Assembly (NCBI RefSeq): GCF_963676685.1
Contig: NC_092344.1
Span: forward strand, 111,600,001 to 111,664,000
From: Mytilus edulis
Lineage: Eukaryota
DNA: 64,000 nucleotides
Direction: 5' to 3'
Both the position numbers and the translations under genes were made by a program. Under the pieces are notes generated by a model. That model was not told the origin of the DNA. It ran no database searches and saw only the letters and a program-made list of their open reading frames with translations. Positions 10,183 to 24,330 of this stretch are shown here, piece by piece; within the stretch, counting starts at the first letter, position 1, and every line of letters starts with the position of its first letter.

Positions 10183-10604
10183 TTGTGTATAAGTTATGTA
10201 GTATTTGGTTGAGGCAACTTAAGTTAAGAGAACGGAACCCTTTTTTTTTGCACGTTCGGGACGGACGGACTAGAGTAACTCTTTATGCCCCCGTTTACTA
10301 TGGCACCGACACAGAAGTTCTGACTATTGTGCTGGTGCTACTTATTCCACTAGCACTGTCATTAACACACACACAATTTTATTATACAAATATTTAATCT
10401 TAATTTTGATTTGATTATTTTGGGTCTAATGATTATATGCATGCCTTTCACAAGGAGTATCAAATTTGACAAATTTATTGTACATATACATTTTTGTAAT
10501 ATTTTATAACTTATTTTACAATTAAATAAAGCTAACAAACTTAAATTGATCATCACTTTCTTTTAATATGTCTTTTAACATTCCGTTTTGAACATAACGG
10601 TTTG

Positions 10605-12709
10605 TACGGAAGCGTATAAGGGACAAAGAAAAAATAAAATTGGCAGTGAACTTTTTTTTCAAAGTCGAAATTTTGACATTTCAAATCTTAAAATTTCGAC
10701 TTTAACTCGAAATTTTAACTTTTCTTATCTTGAAATTTTGACTTTCTAAAATCTTGAAATTTCGACTTTCTAAAAAGTCGAAATTTTGACTTTTTCAGAA
10801 TTCGAAATTTTGACTTTATAAAAAGTAGAAATTTCGACTTTAAATCAAAATTTTGACTCTTTTCAAACTCGAAATTTCGACTTTTTTTAAACTCAAATTG
10901 TCGAAATTTCCTCAGTATTTATATGTTTGTGATTATCACATTCACAGTCATGTATATCAGCAAGCGGAGAGCCATATACATCATAAACTTGATAAGCATA
11001 TTTAATAAACTAAACCATGATTTTTAAGAGATTATTTTAGATAGAAAATCTTGTTTTTTTTTGCCGAAGAATAAATAAAATATGTTTCACGTTTAAATAC
11101 ATATTTCAAGTCTGGACTTCAGATATGTGTATGAAGACAACCCCGTTATTCCGACACACCTATATTACGACATACTTTTATTCAACAGTCTAATATATAA
11201 AGACAAGTGTTAATAGTTTGTGTCATAAGAAAGCCAACTTGTAGAGAATGTTCCAGAAAAAAGAACCAACATTTCAAAATTCCAAAACTATAAAACTGAG
11301 CAGCTCATTGGTCGTCCTGAATATGCATGGCATTTTTGGCTACTTGATGTACCATTGTTTAAACAAGGCAAAATCAGTGACTTGCTATTGGGAAACCAAA
11401 CAGGCCTTTGAAACTATGATGCTAAATGTCCTCAGATCTGACGATCCTAATATGACAGTGTCGTGGAAACTAAAACATCGAATATAGGAAAACATTTTTT
11501 TTTCTGTCAACATGCATGTTCTTTCCGAATGAAACTCTCAATGTTAAATGCTTATCCATAACAAAACCAATTTCTGAATATAAATTGCCGAAATGTGTTG
11601 ATGACGCTTTAATAATTTGCGTACATGTCTACTCCTTCTAAAATTGTAATAACTGTGTTTGAATACTAACATCAAATTTTTAAAAGTACTTAGAAAAAGT
11701 CAAAATTTCGAGATTTCAAAAGTCAAAATTTTAACTTTAAAATAAAAATTTCGAGACTTTAAAAAGATGAAATTTTGAGTTCAAAGTCGAAATTTTGAGT
11801 TTAAAAAAAAGTAGAAATTTTGAGTTTAAAATAAGTCGAAAATTCGAGTTTTTAAAAAAGTCGAAATTTGGAGTTTTAGTGGAAATTTCGACTTTTTATA
11901 AAGTCAAAATTTCGAGTTTTAAAAAAGTCAAAAGGAGTAGGTCCGGTAAGGACTGATTTTGACCTCAAATTTCAGGTTCATCTGACGAAAGATTTTGACC
12001 TCTTTTTAAGCACTTAAGTGTTTATTTCATTTGAATCAATTAGTTTATGTGAAAGATTAAAACTAATTTAGTCATTAAAAACGATCCGATTCAAACTCAA
12101 ATATGAAAAATCGACCAAATATGCCAAAAATGTCAATTTTCAGATGGTTTTTGTCAAAAATGAAAGTGGCCGCATCCGTGTTCATCCTCAATCTTTATAT
12201 ATGTTATGTATTATCATAAAATACAATTTACATTTCAATATTAAGGATGAACACGAATGCGGCCACTTTCGTTTTACACGAAAACCGTCTAAAATTTAAC
12301 TAAAATGCTAGAATTGTGAAGATTTCAGTAGTTTAGCATGACTTAATGGTGCTAGTACCCGATATATGTGCATTGTAATGTCAAAAAACGGCCCATATTT
12401 ATATAGCACAAGCATTTTACTGTCCAATAAATAACTAAAAGTTTACATTTTAACAATTTTGTAAAACTGCTATATTTTGGGGCCAAAAAGGGGTCTTACT
12501 GGACCTACTCCTTTCAATTTTTCAAAAAGTCGAAATTTCAAGATTTTAGAAAGTCAAAATTTCATGTGTAAGTCAAAGTTTCGAGATTTGTAAAGTCAAA
12601 ATTTCAAGTTAAAGTCAAAATTTCGAGATTTGAAATGTCAAAATATCGTCTTTGAAAAAAAAGTTCACTGCAAATTTTATTTTTACTATGTCCCTAATAC
12701 GCTTCTGTA
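10605..12709. mobile_element. Non-autonomous foldback-type TIR transposon, IS3EU-like
   Basis: Termini TACGGAAGCGTA...TACGCTTCTGTA, long TIRs built from AAATTTCGAC-type repeats, and a 6-bp flanking duplication GGTTTG/GATTTG (one mismatch). Confidence 0.7.
11932..12513. mobile_element. Kolobok-like non-autonomous DNA transposon nested in the right arm of the IS3EU-like element
   Basis: TIR AAGGAGTAGGTCCGGTAAG / CTTACTGGACCTACTCCTT with a TCAA target duplication (a TTAA variant). Confidence 0.75.
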
Positions 12710-13225
12710 GATTTGTTACATATACTTTACACGTATTTCTATCAAATCTGACATTATTACAAAGCAGCTATTAAATAAAATTCATTCGAACTTTAAATGT
12801 GCAATCAAATATATATGCAAGTCGTCAACTGGTCAAGTGGCTAAATGCATATATCGTTGACCAAGCGAACGACAGTTCCTGATTTTGTTGTTTTAAAACT
12901 TCTAAAAATATTTACGGAAATAAGGAATGAGTAAAGGGAAATAAATTAAAACAGAACGACTAAATTAAATAAAAGGATGTTCGATATAATGTATATTTCG
13001 TTTTATTTTTAAAATATATACGATGCTTTATTCTTATCTAATTTCCTATTAAAAATTATTAGAATGAGAAAATAAATACCTTTATTACAGCTTCTTTTGC
13101 CGTCGATCCTAAAAGGTATAATGTTATAAAACAATTTTAGCGTCTTTGACCTACTTTATCTTTTTATTCGGATACTTGTGGTTATTTTCTCGAAGTTCAA
13201 CGGGAACATTAGAATAATCTAGAAT

Positions 13226-13390
13226 AGAACCCAGATGGAACCAAGAGGTCGGGTTGCTATAACCAAACAACCCGGATGTTGAACCAGTTACCATGGTTTC
13301 GAACCAAATAACCCGGATAGAACCAAGGTTCAGAACCAAACTACCCAGATGGAACCAAGGTTTAGAACCAGAGTGCCCGGATAGAACCTT
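13226..13390. repeat. Degenerate minisatellite of about 33-bp units
   Basis: Recurring ACCC(A/G)GAT(G/A)GAACCAAGGTT.AGAACCA. Confidence 0.6.
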
Positions 13391-13780
13391 ATTGCATTCG
13401 GAATTCTCATGACTTTTTATACCTTCAATGTATTTTCCAAAATCATTTATTTATTTAGTATATTTATATATAATTATATATAATTTCACTGAGGTGGTGC
13501 CCGACGAAATTAACTAGAATTAAAGGGGCAAACCACCTGTTTCTATTTTTTTCCCAAGTTTAGTCAAGTTATGAAGACATTTAACAAATTAATAAATGAA
13601 ACTTTTAGGACACTACCAAAGCATGCCCACTGAACAGTCATCAGATGTCAGACCAATCTTTGACTATAAATCCGAACAAATTAGTTGTCTGTATAGTTTG
13701 AAGTTATTTTATTTCAAAATGTTGTAATTATTTTAAATTGCTGTGAGTTACAATGACATATTGCACGATGATTGATACAT

Positions 13781-16700
13781 CTAACTATCCCAGTCGACAG
13801 ACTGCAGCAAAACATTTTGCGGATCGTATAACCTTCGTCTAAACTCGTTTTCCAGTTTTGGAAGAAATTCAAATTTGGTAGATGTCCTTGCCCCAGTGAT
13901 CTTATCAATATAAGTACCAATCATCTCAGTTCCTCCTCTCTCTAGTTCAACTCTACCATGAGAAATTGGTGGCCATAATCCACCAGGTGGCGGTACATGT
14001 ATAACTGCATGCAATGTTGTTCCTTGGTCTGTAACGTACATTGGATTTTGGTTTTCAGAAATGTATATTTCTACTTTGCCATCTTCTTTTCTTTTTACTT
14101 GTGTGGTTTCATCTTCATAATTATAGGTTAAAGATATACTTCGTCTCTCTCCCATATCAACTTGTTCGTCAATGGTGTAACACTTATGAAAAATATCGTC
14201 ACACATTTCTTCCTCATTGTCAATAAATAATTTAGTGGAGTCATGGACGTCGTGTTGAAACGGAGCTGTGACAGCCACCCCGTACGTATAATTACAAGTA
14301 CGCGATGAAACGATTCTTGGATTATGACCGTAAAGTACTGCCCCTTGAAGAACAGCCTGTCCTCCCTGTTGCGGAATAATTACTTCTTTGTCAGGGAATG
14401 CTTCTTTTATTCGAACACGTATTATTTCCGACTCAGAAAATCCCCCCCCACCATCATAATGGTTGACACTCCAGAACACTGTGGATCTTTTAAAATATTG
14501 GTTATTTCCTCAACTATGCATTTGATCGATTCAGCAAAGAAGCTAAGAAATATTTTTCTGTGATAATTAACTTGTCTCTTTTTATGCTCAAATTTTCTTT
14601 CATGCTACCGTCTTGTATTAAATCTGAAAAACTGCAGCCGGTTGTTTCGGAAAGAATATCACACAGTGTAACTGGTAATCTTACAACGACATTTTTACCT
14701 ACAAATGTTTTCTTTTTGGTTTCAAAGTTTTTCATCATATCTGTATAATCATAAATATGGTTTTCCTTAAATTCACGAAGGACTTCTCCACCGCATATAT
14801 TCGTGAGCAGTCGTCTGTATTCTTGGTTGATAAATTCCCCGCCATACGGTCCTCCACATGCCCTATGTATTATAGCAAGACCGCCATTTTCTGCCACTTT
14901 TTGTGCTGATATGTCAATTGTTGCACCTAAAAATTATATAAATTTTGATATAATTAAAATATGGCTTGCATTTACAGTATAAAGAAAAGGAGAAATAAAG
15001 AAGCCTAAGCAATCTAGCAAAAGGAAAATTTCGTTACTTTCACTTTTCTTGTGAACTTTTTAATTTAACCTAGCCAAAGTGAAAACACTAAGAGTCCTTT
15101 TAGTAAGTTTATAGTTGAGTTATATTCTCTGATGCATAATTGAAATTTAAAACTTTAAAAATATGGATCTGCGCGAAAATGACACATTGTTCGTATATAG
15201 AATTTTCAAAACGAGAGAGAGAATATTATGATATAGATACTATAATTTATACAGAAATTGCATTTAACAACCTGTAAAACATAGGCATGAAAGGAGATAT
15301 TTTCCTTTTGTCGACATCAATCATACGTTTGCTACCAATCGGAGGGGAAAACCCAATTAGTTGAAAAAATTGAGTTGTACATGTATATGGAAAATATCAA
15401 TTATTCAAAAATGTCAAATGAACATACATTCCTGTAGTAAGTATAATGACATTTCCCCGTCTAAACTTAATTTACATAAAGTTGATTACAAAAAGCACAA
15501 ACCTCCACCATCTACAACTATAAATTTTTTCCCAGGGTCAAAATTCTTCAATGAAATTGTGTTATTATCACCAGCTACTCATTCTAGAGGCAAACTTTTG
15601 GCATTAATAGAAGCAGCTTCTGGTTCATAAACCAATGAAAATTTCTCTAAATGAATACCGGCCTAGAATAGAAAACAAAAAGAACAAAAAGAATCTTTTA
15701 AAATATTTTTTTTTTTTTAAATCATAAAATATTCATAATTTTGATTTCAACTGATTTTTCTTGATAATCAAAATAAATATCGTTCGTCGTAATTTGAAAT
15801 TCTTGTCACCGTCGATATACAGTATAAAAGATGTAACACAAGTGGAGCAGGATTGACCACGTAGCCTTCTGAGCATTTCAGTTCATTCTAGATCTTTATG
15901 GAATTGCATTAATTTTATCTAGTATTAGTTTTCTGTACCATCTTCCGTGAATTTTTTTAGTTTTGTTATTTAAATAGTTTTACCATGTTCACACGATACG
16001 GACATAATTAACAGGAGTGTGCTTCTTACACAAAATAAGATCTATCCGAAAAGGGAGGAAGAAATCGAAACAACATATTCTTTTACATTCACCACAAAAT
16101 GTGTCAGTGGTTCATTTTTTTTTTGCGGTTTTAGATGTTTGGATACCAGTAAAGTCGTATGATCTGTCAGAGAAGCTTATACATCGTGTTCTTTCCCCCG
16201 ATTATGCCATTTTAATTGACTAAAAAATATTGATTTGAATGACAGATGATGAATAGATGGCGGAGGACGCCTTCACTGTTGTGTTCCTTTCCGAGGTCAT
16301 GCGATTCCTTCTGTTGTTTGTTTGGTACCTTGGTTTGTCTCTTCTTCATCGATTTACATGATTTGAAAATCGTCAGAATAAATGCAAAATGTATATATAT
16401 GTTACAGGCATTTTCTAAATTTAGGTATTTTGTAAAATGACTGAATATTCAGGCAATTTGTAAAATGCCTAACCTTGACAGGCATTATACAAAATGACTA
16501 AAAATACCTAGTCATTTTGTAAAATGACTGAAATTTTGAAGCAAAATTCTACAAATTGCCTGTTCAGTTTCAGGCTGAAAAAAGTTGACAAAATCACAAT
16601 ATATTGCAAAGAAAATAACTTATGGTTCATTAGAATTAATTTATTTTCCAAAAACCAGCTGGAAAGGGTGGTATATCAGATGATGTGTACTTTTTTGTGA

Positions 16701-19373
16701 AACTACATAAAGTACATACTCACTCTGTATTTCAGATACCAGTAGTATATTTGTAATTATTTTGTCAAAATGATAGAAGGACACATTGTTCTGTCAATAG
16801 AACAAAATTTACAATAGAAATTTTAGAAATTCTGGGTTAAAAAAAAGTAAATTAAAATAAAACATAGGAATATATCAGAGAAAAAAAAATATTTTTGATT
16901 GATTGTTTGTTGTTTGCTTTCAGTCGCAAATATGTCATAGATATAGGAAGATGTGGTGTGAGTGCCAATGAGACAACTCTCCATCCAAATAACAATTTAA
17001 AAAAAAGTAAACCATTATAGGTCAATGTACGGCCTTCAACACGGAGCCTTGGCTCACACCGAACAACAAGCTATAAAGGGCCCCAAAATTACTGGTGTAA
17101 AACCATTCAAACGGGAAAACCAGCGGTCTAATGCTTTTTTAGACAAGAACAAATTGGTTATAATTCATATCGGTTAGTTCTGTAGGAGATTGACCCGAAT
17201 AAAGGACAGACGCTTGCAATTGCAATGAAGGTATTTTGGATGTGGACAGAAAATTCCACCAGCAGAACAGCCATCAACAGGTGTCAATTAACAATTGCTT
17301 ATTGCGAATGTGTGATGATTCAAGTTTCTCCATATATGGTTGAAGTACTAAAACCAGATTTTACAGCAAACAATTATGTATTTACAAAAGTTCAGGACAA
17401 ATATTGTGTAACAGTTCTGTCGTCCAAACATTTTGAAAAATGATAAATAATTGTCGAGTTTTTTGGAATAATTCAGTAAAATTTGTTCTTGATTTTTTAA
17501 ACTCTTCTTTTTTCATTCAGTAATAATTATCATAAATAAAACCGTTCTGGTGTTCAAAGCTTTCATTTGTTTTTATTTTTGATATTTCTTTCTTTAAAAT
17601 AATTTCAGGCATTTTGTAAAATGCCTTGCTACTTTTCCAGGTATTTTGTAAAATGCCTAGAAAAAATAGTCATTATGTAAAATGACTGAATCTTGCAGGC
17701 ATTTTATAGATTGCCTAAAATTTTCAGGCATTTTACAAAATGCCTAAATTTAGAAAATGCCTGTAACATATATATACCTGCTTTCATCTTTTAAAAAGTT
17801 AAATATCAGGTTTTGGTTTAAAGTTGCGTGTTCTACATACCTTTTGGGCTGACTGTTTCATGAATTGTTTACATGCATCATCCCATATAGCTGGAACAGT
17901 GATTACCCAAGTAATGTATTCCTCTGGTACCCCAGTATTTCTGTGTTCAAGCTGGTCAATCACGTGCTTCCTCAAGTAACCAATGGCATAAGAAAAAACT
18001 AATTTGCCTGAAATCTTTTTCCCGGTAATGTCTTTCATAAGTATGTCCTGTCGCACATCCTGTGTAAGAAATATGTACGACGGACAATTAATAATGGTGC
18101 TACAGTTTTGTTTGCCACAGTTAGGTTATTAATTTTATGTGTGAAGAGATGACTATTCCAATAAAACACATCTACTTTTCAAGTTTTAAAAGTTTTCACT
18201 TGTTTGGTTTTCCAACAACTCTTGCAGACATATCGTAAAATAAAGGCTAAAAGGATAGGTTAGAAAGGAACCGTGATTAATGTCGGGTTATTTTTATAGC
18301 CGACTATACGGTAAGGGCTTTTCTCATTGCTAAGGGCTATACGGATACTTATAATTGCTTGCATCCACTTCATTGCAACTTTCGCGGATATTTGTCTCAT
18401 TGGCAATCTGCCCCAATATTTCCACATCTCCTTATTTTAATTAAACAGAGAGAAAAATATCAAAAGACTTTTGAAAACTAACACGGTCTTCAAAAATTAT
18501 ATGTGCCTATATTTTAAATTGTCAAGCTCTAACATGTCTAAAACATCCCATGATAAAATAAGTTGTGTATAAAAAAATTGACACATAAGGTCGAAAATAG
18601 GGGTACAGCAATTGTCTATCATTCGCATCATATGTTGAATAAAGCATTACAAACTGTGCAACAAATTATTGGCAACTTAGTTTTTGTTTTGTTTAAATGT
18701 CACTTGATCATCACAACTGCGAATTACCACAGTCTTTCATGAGTCAACATTTGATTGAGACAAGAAATGTGCATAAAACAGATATAAGAAGATGTGGTAT
18801 TGGTGCCACCTCTCCATCCAATAGTTATTTATAGCTTGCCATTCATTAGTTACATTAACAGTCGAATGCCAAGGTACTCTTTGTCCGCAAATTGATTTTT
18901 AGACCGGTGTTGCTCATTGTTCGAAAGCAACCCAGACAAAAGAGCTCATAGCACGATCAGAACGGCTCAATTACAAACGTAACAGTCGAATTACAAACGT
19001 AACAGTCGATTACAAAGACATTGTCATTGTTATAGTTGATTACTAATTCTTACTAATAAGTACAACCCACCTGACCTTTCTCTACAGCTTTATATAGCTG
19101 CATTTTGAATCCATGAAGAAAAAACCATTCTCTCTCCGATCCATTTTCGCACAAGTCTTTATACTTCTCTTCAGCCTCGTCTCCGAAGGAATCAAACGTT
19201 TGATCTGGTTTTATGAGGATACTTGACGGTGTTTTATAAGCAGAACCTGTCCAAGAATATGTAGAAATATTCAAAGGATCGTTCTTGTATTCGTGTCTGA
19301 ATGAAAATGCATATCCTGATCCAGAAGTCCCGAAGTCTATCCCAACCACTAATACTGTATTGTCGGATTCCAT
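13781..19373 (-). pseudogene. HSPA12: HSPA12-like gene A, apparently disrupted; exons 19373-19071, 18059-17841, 15662-15503, 14926-13781
   Basis: IDFGTSGSGYAFS, WVITVPAIW, YEPEAAS, VDGGGATID, GGFSES and LQGAVLYG, with GT-AG introns at the same positions and phases as the paralogs. Lesions: in-frame TGA at 15581-15579, a 1-nt loss near 14545, and two extra G in the run at 14442-14449. Confidence 0.85.
16400..17768. mobile_element. Ginger-like non-autonomous TIR element in intron 2 of gene A, with a nested PLE tail at about 16938-17131 (-)
   Basis: TIR TGTTACAGGCATTTTCTAAATTTAGG / CCTAAATTTAGAAAATGCCTGTAACA, TGT..ACA ends, TATA on both flanks, and sub-terminal CATTTTGTAAAATG repeats. Confidence 0.75.
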
Positions 19374-20789
19374 TTCTGTTTCTGAATGATTTAATAATTT
19401 ATTATCGATTTACATTAAAACATGTCATGTCGGTCGTATAATATTTAGGGGACTATTCAGTACATAATGAAAGCGTTTGTAGTTTAAATTTTTAATGAAA
19501 GTTGACAAGGAATAAGCCTATATCGATTCATTTTCTAAAAATGAATTTAAACATCTTCCTTTCTGCCGAGGCCTGTTTCGCTATGCACTGTTAACCTAAC
19601 ATAATATTCCATTTTTGTTGCATCGTGAGATTGGTTTTTTATTCAAACTATCGATTTAAATGTCTTCCGCATTAACACAACATGCATTTGAGTCCCTTTC
19701 ATGACAATCACAAAATAAGTTCGACATATTATATTAACTCTATACAAGGTCGAACTACTTTATTGTTGAGTAATATAAGTGCAATATTAATGAAAACAAA
19801 CCTTTCTAAAGAGAAAGGGCGATGATGTGAGATAATTACAATGCATCTGTTTTAAAAGATCTAGTGGTAACAATTTTTACTATTTTATTACAATTACCTC
19901 TATCATATTACAATTACAAACTTGCTATAAGCTGTAGTCTAAATAATTTGTTTTTCGTTTGTTATTTTTAGCATGAATTAGTCCACCGGTTTTGAATTTT
20001 TTTTCATATTTTCCTGCTGATTCTTTTTATGGCTTATTACTGTACGACATATGTGTTACTTATATTGTTGATGAAAGAATGGTGACCTAATATACTGTTG
20101 TTTACCATCTTGTCCTTTGGTCCCTGGTCTTTGACAATCCTATCGCATCTCTTTTTTTTTTGTAAATACATAAACTATATACCTTTGTACAAACTACTTA
20201 TTAACTTTAGAGCGTTTCTTTTTTACAATTGTCCATTTTTTTCTATTTTTTCCTGAATTAATGATTTAATGCTAATCAGTTTCATTACTTACTGCTTTTA
20301 TACTATTTTGATTTGGTAACTTGATGGATTTTAACATTTTGTTTTAAAAAACATCACATAAGGAAGTTAAATGCAAATTAAATATCAGAGTTATATTTCT
20401 TTATTCTGATTCTAATTTATTTGGTTATTTATAAACTACGAATGTCCAGAAAATTGAAATGAAAACGTACTGCCGCACGTACTAGTATTCGTATATCCTT
20501 TCATATCAATTTTTTGTTATCTTTATCAGAAAAATCTGTCTCAACCAAATGTTTAAATAGGGATTCTATCAATTATGTGCCATTTTCGTGTACACGGTTG
20601 CTCTCCTTCCGTTGAGAAATGTTTCTAATTAACAACAAAACATAGGTGGGTAAGAAAAGCAACAGGTTTAACCAATGTAATAGGGAAGAATCACAAGGTC
20701 TTTTGTTCATTTGACAAATAACATTGAGTCTATGAGAACATTTGTACCACTGTCTCATTTTTAGAAGGAAGAGTTAGTTTAAACATATT

Positions 20790-21114
20790 CATTTATAGTG
20801 GATTGGGAAACAAGTTATTGTAACGTATATCAATCCCTTTCCACTTTGCAGTGTTGCCTTGCATGCAGCGGCATTAGACTATTTTTCGAAATCTTCAAGG
20901 GTGTCTTTTACGTGCAAGAGATATGGCTCTCTCTTAACACGGGTCAGCCATTTATCGTCCCCTTCCGACGGACTATCATCGTTTTCTCAAGACCATACTC
21001 GCAAATGCTGTCAAGGGAGAGCCGAAAATACAATCCCTGAAATTTCTCCCCGGATTGGGGATCGAACCAGGAACCCTTGTGTTAGTAGTCCGATGCACTA
21101 CCACTACACCACGG
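20790..21114 (-). mobile_element. tRNA-derived SINE (central region resembles a Deu/Nin-type domain)
   Basis: Minus-strand head CCGTGGTGTAGTGG (A box) ... GGTTCGATCC (B box), then GTCGGAAGGGGACG...GCACGTAAAAGA and an AT-rich tail. Confidence 0.7.
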
Positions 21115-22264
21115 AGGGAGAGTTGATTTCGGACTAACATGTTTCACCCGGCTACTTTCAATCTGTGCCTGTCCCAAATCAGGAGCATATACTATATTGG
21201 TTTTCGTTGGTTAATGCCTGTCAAATTTGTTTTTTATATTTTTTTTGGTCGTAATTTTTTTTCTTCGTTAGAATGGTTTTAAATGTTGTTATTTCGTAGT
21301 CTTTTATAGCGGACAATAACATATTTGCTTATTATTCAAGGTAATACAGTGACCCATGCATATTTGTGTAAATCCGCTCCATTTGGACTCTGTATGATAG
21401 TTGTTACACTGACAGTCTTGCAATAACTCTTATCTTATAGAAGCTATACGTGTTGTTATTTAGTCAGTTTGCGCACAAAAACTAGCTTACTGAATATTTC
21501 TCGAAATTATTTTTAATACAGTTATTCATAACGATATAGGAAAACAGCTGTAATGAGCAGTTATTTTTTTAATGATCAGATAATAATATTTTGTCCATAT
21601 ACGAGTACCAAAGACGACAACTTGATGGCATGCTGAATGGCAGATTTATTGCAAAAAACAATACATAATGATAGCAAAAAAATTATATATATAATAATTC
21701 TTTAATGTCATACATGAAAAAAGTAAATTAACAAATATAACGAACTCCATGGAAAGATCTAAACGGAAATGATAAATTCAAAAGCTCAAACACTTCAAAC
21801 GAATGGACAACAGCTGTCATATTTTCAACTTTGTACAGGCATTTTCTTATGTAGAAAATGGTGGTTTTATAGCTATCTATGACAGTCGCATACAATTCCA
21901 TTATATTGACAACGATGTGTGAATAAAACAAAAAGACATAATAGGTAAAATTGTCAAAGTAGGGGTACAGCAGTCAACACTGTTTTGTATTCATAATCAC
22001 TATAAAAAAAGCAAACATACCGACAAAGATAAACAAAAAGGAATATCGACAAAGCACATTAGCAAAAACGAAAGACAAAAATAAAAAATTACCGTAGCAC
22101 AATAACACAACGACGCACCGAGCTACGTCAAATTAATATCACCAAAAATAGAATAAACAGTAAAAGTAATAACTTACAAACAAATAAAAGAATACTATAA
22201 TAAAGTTCACGTTATTAGGCAGATACATAACTCTATACTCCAAGACCATCTTGTGTTATTTATA

Positions 22265-24330
22265 TAAAAAAAAGAAGAAGTGGTATGATTATCAATGAGA
22301 CAACTCTCCACAAGAAACCAAAATTACACAGAAATTAACAACTATAGGTCACCGTACGACCATCAACAATGAGCTAAGCCCATACCGCATAGTCAGCTAT
22401 AAAAGACCCCGAAATGACAATTTGTAAAACAATTCAAACGAGAAAACTAACGGCCTTATTTATGTATACAAAAAATGAAAGAAAAACAAATATGTAACAC
22501 ATAAACAAACGACAACCACTAAATTACAGGCTCTTGACTTGGGACAGGCACATACATACATAACGGGGTTAAACATGTTAGCGGGATCCCAACCCTCCCC
22601 CTAACCTGGGCCAGTGGTATAACAGTATAACATAAGAACGAACATAAAAATCGGTTGAAAAAGGCTTAACTCATCAGATGGACAAAAATACAAGTGGACG
22701 TGGTCGGGTACTTGTACATCCATTTAGTTGATACTGAATATTCATCAACAAGGTTTTGGTATCTTCCGATGAACTTTTTTTTAGAAAAAGGACGAGACGT
22801 TCTTCGATCATCAACTTTCTGCTCAGACACTGGTGACGTTTTACAAAGTCTGAGTAGCAACTGCAAGCTCTTGTATATCGATTGAGTTGGGAAATGCATA
22901 TCCTACATGAATGTAGATGAAGTTGGTATACTAGTATTGCTACTAAGGTTTGGGGAGGGGAATTGATAATTTCAAAACTAAAATCGTTTCGTTTGTCATA
23001 GATTCTGGTACTGAGATGACCGCTTATGTCAAATTCGAGGTATAAGTCTAAAAATGAGGCAGAGGAAGTCGTGTCAACTGCTGGTTCCAAGTCCAAGTCC
23101 GAGTAGGGAAGTCATTTTTCATCTAATTGGCAAAATCGTATGTTTTATTTTTGGCGCAAATAATATCCATGTAATTTTGAAACATGTGGCGCAATCGTAG
23201 CTTTGGAGAAACAAGTTGTGGCGCAAAAGGACGCATTTTTGGCGCAAACGGATATCTCCCAAAAAGTCTGCCTCCAAATCAACAAATATGTTGTCAATAA
23301 GAAACTTAGCATACTGATAACTTGATTCTCTGTGTATCATGTTTTACTTTTTTGTTCACTACTAACAACATATGCCGTTTGGTACTCAAAGTAATAATCT
23401 TATAGCGTATTCTTCTAATTTTATGTTGAGAAGCATTGTGGGTTATTATTTTTTTTAGGTTTTTTTTCCAATTTCACATGTGATATGGTGGTATACAGGG
23501 TTGAAGAATCAAAGTTTTGACAGAACTAATTTCAGAGAAAGATCGAGATTTAAAATTTCCGAGAAGTTCTCCGGAGTTTTTATAGATACCACTACGCGAG
23601 TACACAGTTTCACAGTATTTCTGAATACCTTCTTTCACTGCGAACAGAATCTTTGTCAATCTAATGGACATTTTTTTAGTTTTTGTTGGTTGCACGCAAT
23701 TTTGTGAAGTTTACGTATCCAATACAGACAAGGTAAGTTCACCGATTTACTATTCAATATAATGTTCATTGGAGCCATGAAGGAATTATGATTCGCCAAA
23801 ATCTCATCCTTGTCAAATGATATGTTTTGAATGTGGATTTTAATTTTACCTGGGTGCTTATTTGTTCCTTATTCCTTTACAAGACACTCGTAGTAGTACA
23901 ATTTACACACAAAGACAATTTTATTTGAAGCTTTGTCCGCAGGAACTACAACATACTTATCATGAATACAGACTTCGGTCGATCATTCACACAGTTTTTC
24001 AACTTATGAATGCAACGTTTTATCAGATACATGGGTTCTTTGTTATACAACTTGACTAAGCACTCGGAGTACACAATTTGTGCTCGAAACACCAAATAAA
24101 TCCAGTATTATGATTGGTTGATTCCTGATTCTGAGTGCAAAAGTCATGCTCGAAATTTGTATTACCACAAGGCCTGATTGTTTTGACCCATTCTGTCAAA
24201 GTGTCAAGTTCAACTTAATCATCAATGGAATCCATTTTTATTTTGAAGTTAGTATTCCAATTGATTTTTTAGGGTTCTCTTAACTTAGGACCATGAGAAA
24301 TTACCTTTGCGAAATGTTCATGTTAAGGTA
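22265..24330 (-). mobile_element. Old degenerate PLE copy (RT remnants plus 3' tail)
   Basis: Remnants GPKLREP..INWN, VPADKASN, LYWIRKLHK, FLIDNIFV, ASFLDLYLE and TRIYDKRNDF with many frameshifts. The tail is at 22265-22700. Confidence 0.85.
22516..22617 (-). ncRNA. P5-type twister ribozyme, second family (partly decayed)
   Basis: Minus strand: CAGGU UA GGGG GAGGG UU GGGAUCCC GCU AACAUGUU U^AA CCCC GUU ... G CCUG UCCCAAGU CAAG A GCCUG. Confidence 0.72.

Larger units (their letters stand above)
8335..10290 (+). mobile_element. Degenerate Helentron-type (HINE) element with internal repeats, carrying several nested PLE tails (8497-8656, 8991-10182)
   Basis: The unit TAAGCATTGTGTATAAG..TTTGGTTGAGGCAAACT is repeated and split by insertions. 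A (GGAC)n microsatellite near 10259 is followed by a TATGCCCCC-type end. Confidence 0.5.

Noticed and set aside
15579-15581. In-frame TGA in gene A read as selenocysteine
   Set aside because: It aligns with Lys in paralogs B and C, not Cys. The gene also has frameshifts, and the SECIS elements in the window are on the opposite strand inside PLE tails.
21045-21114. Genuine tRNA gene (also 59010-59106)
   Set aside because: A and B boxes are present, but the acceptor stem does not pair properly and SINE body sequence follows.
22660-22720. CTGATGAG on the minus strand upstream of the family-2 twister as a hammerhead
   Set aside because: No stem II plus GAAA can be formed in any permutation I tried.
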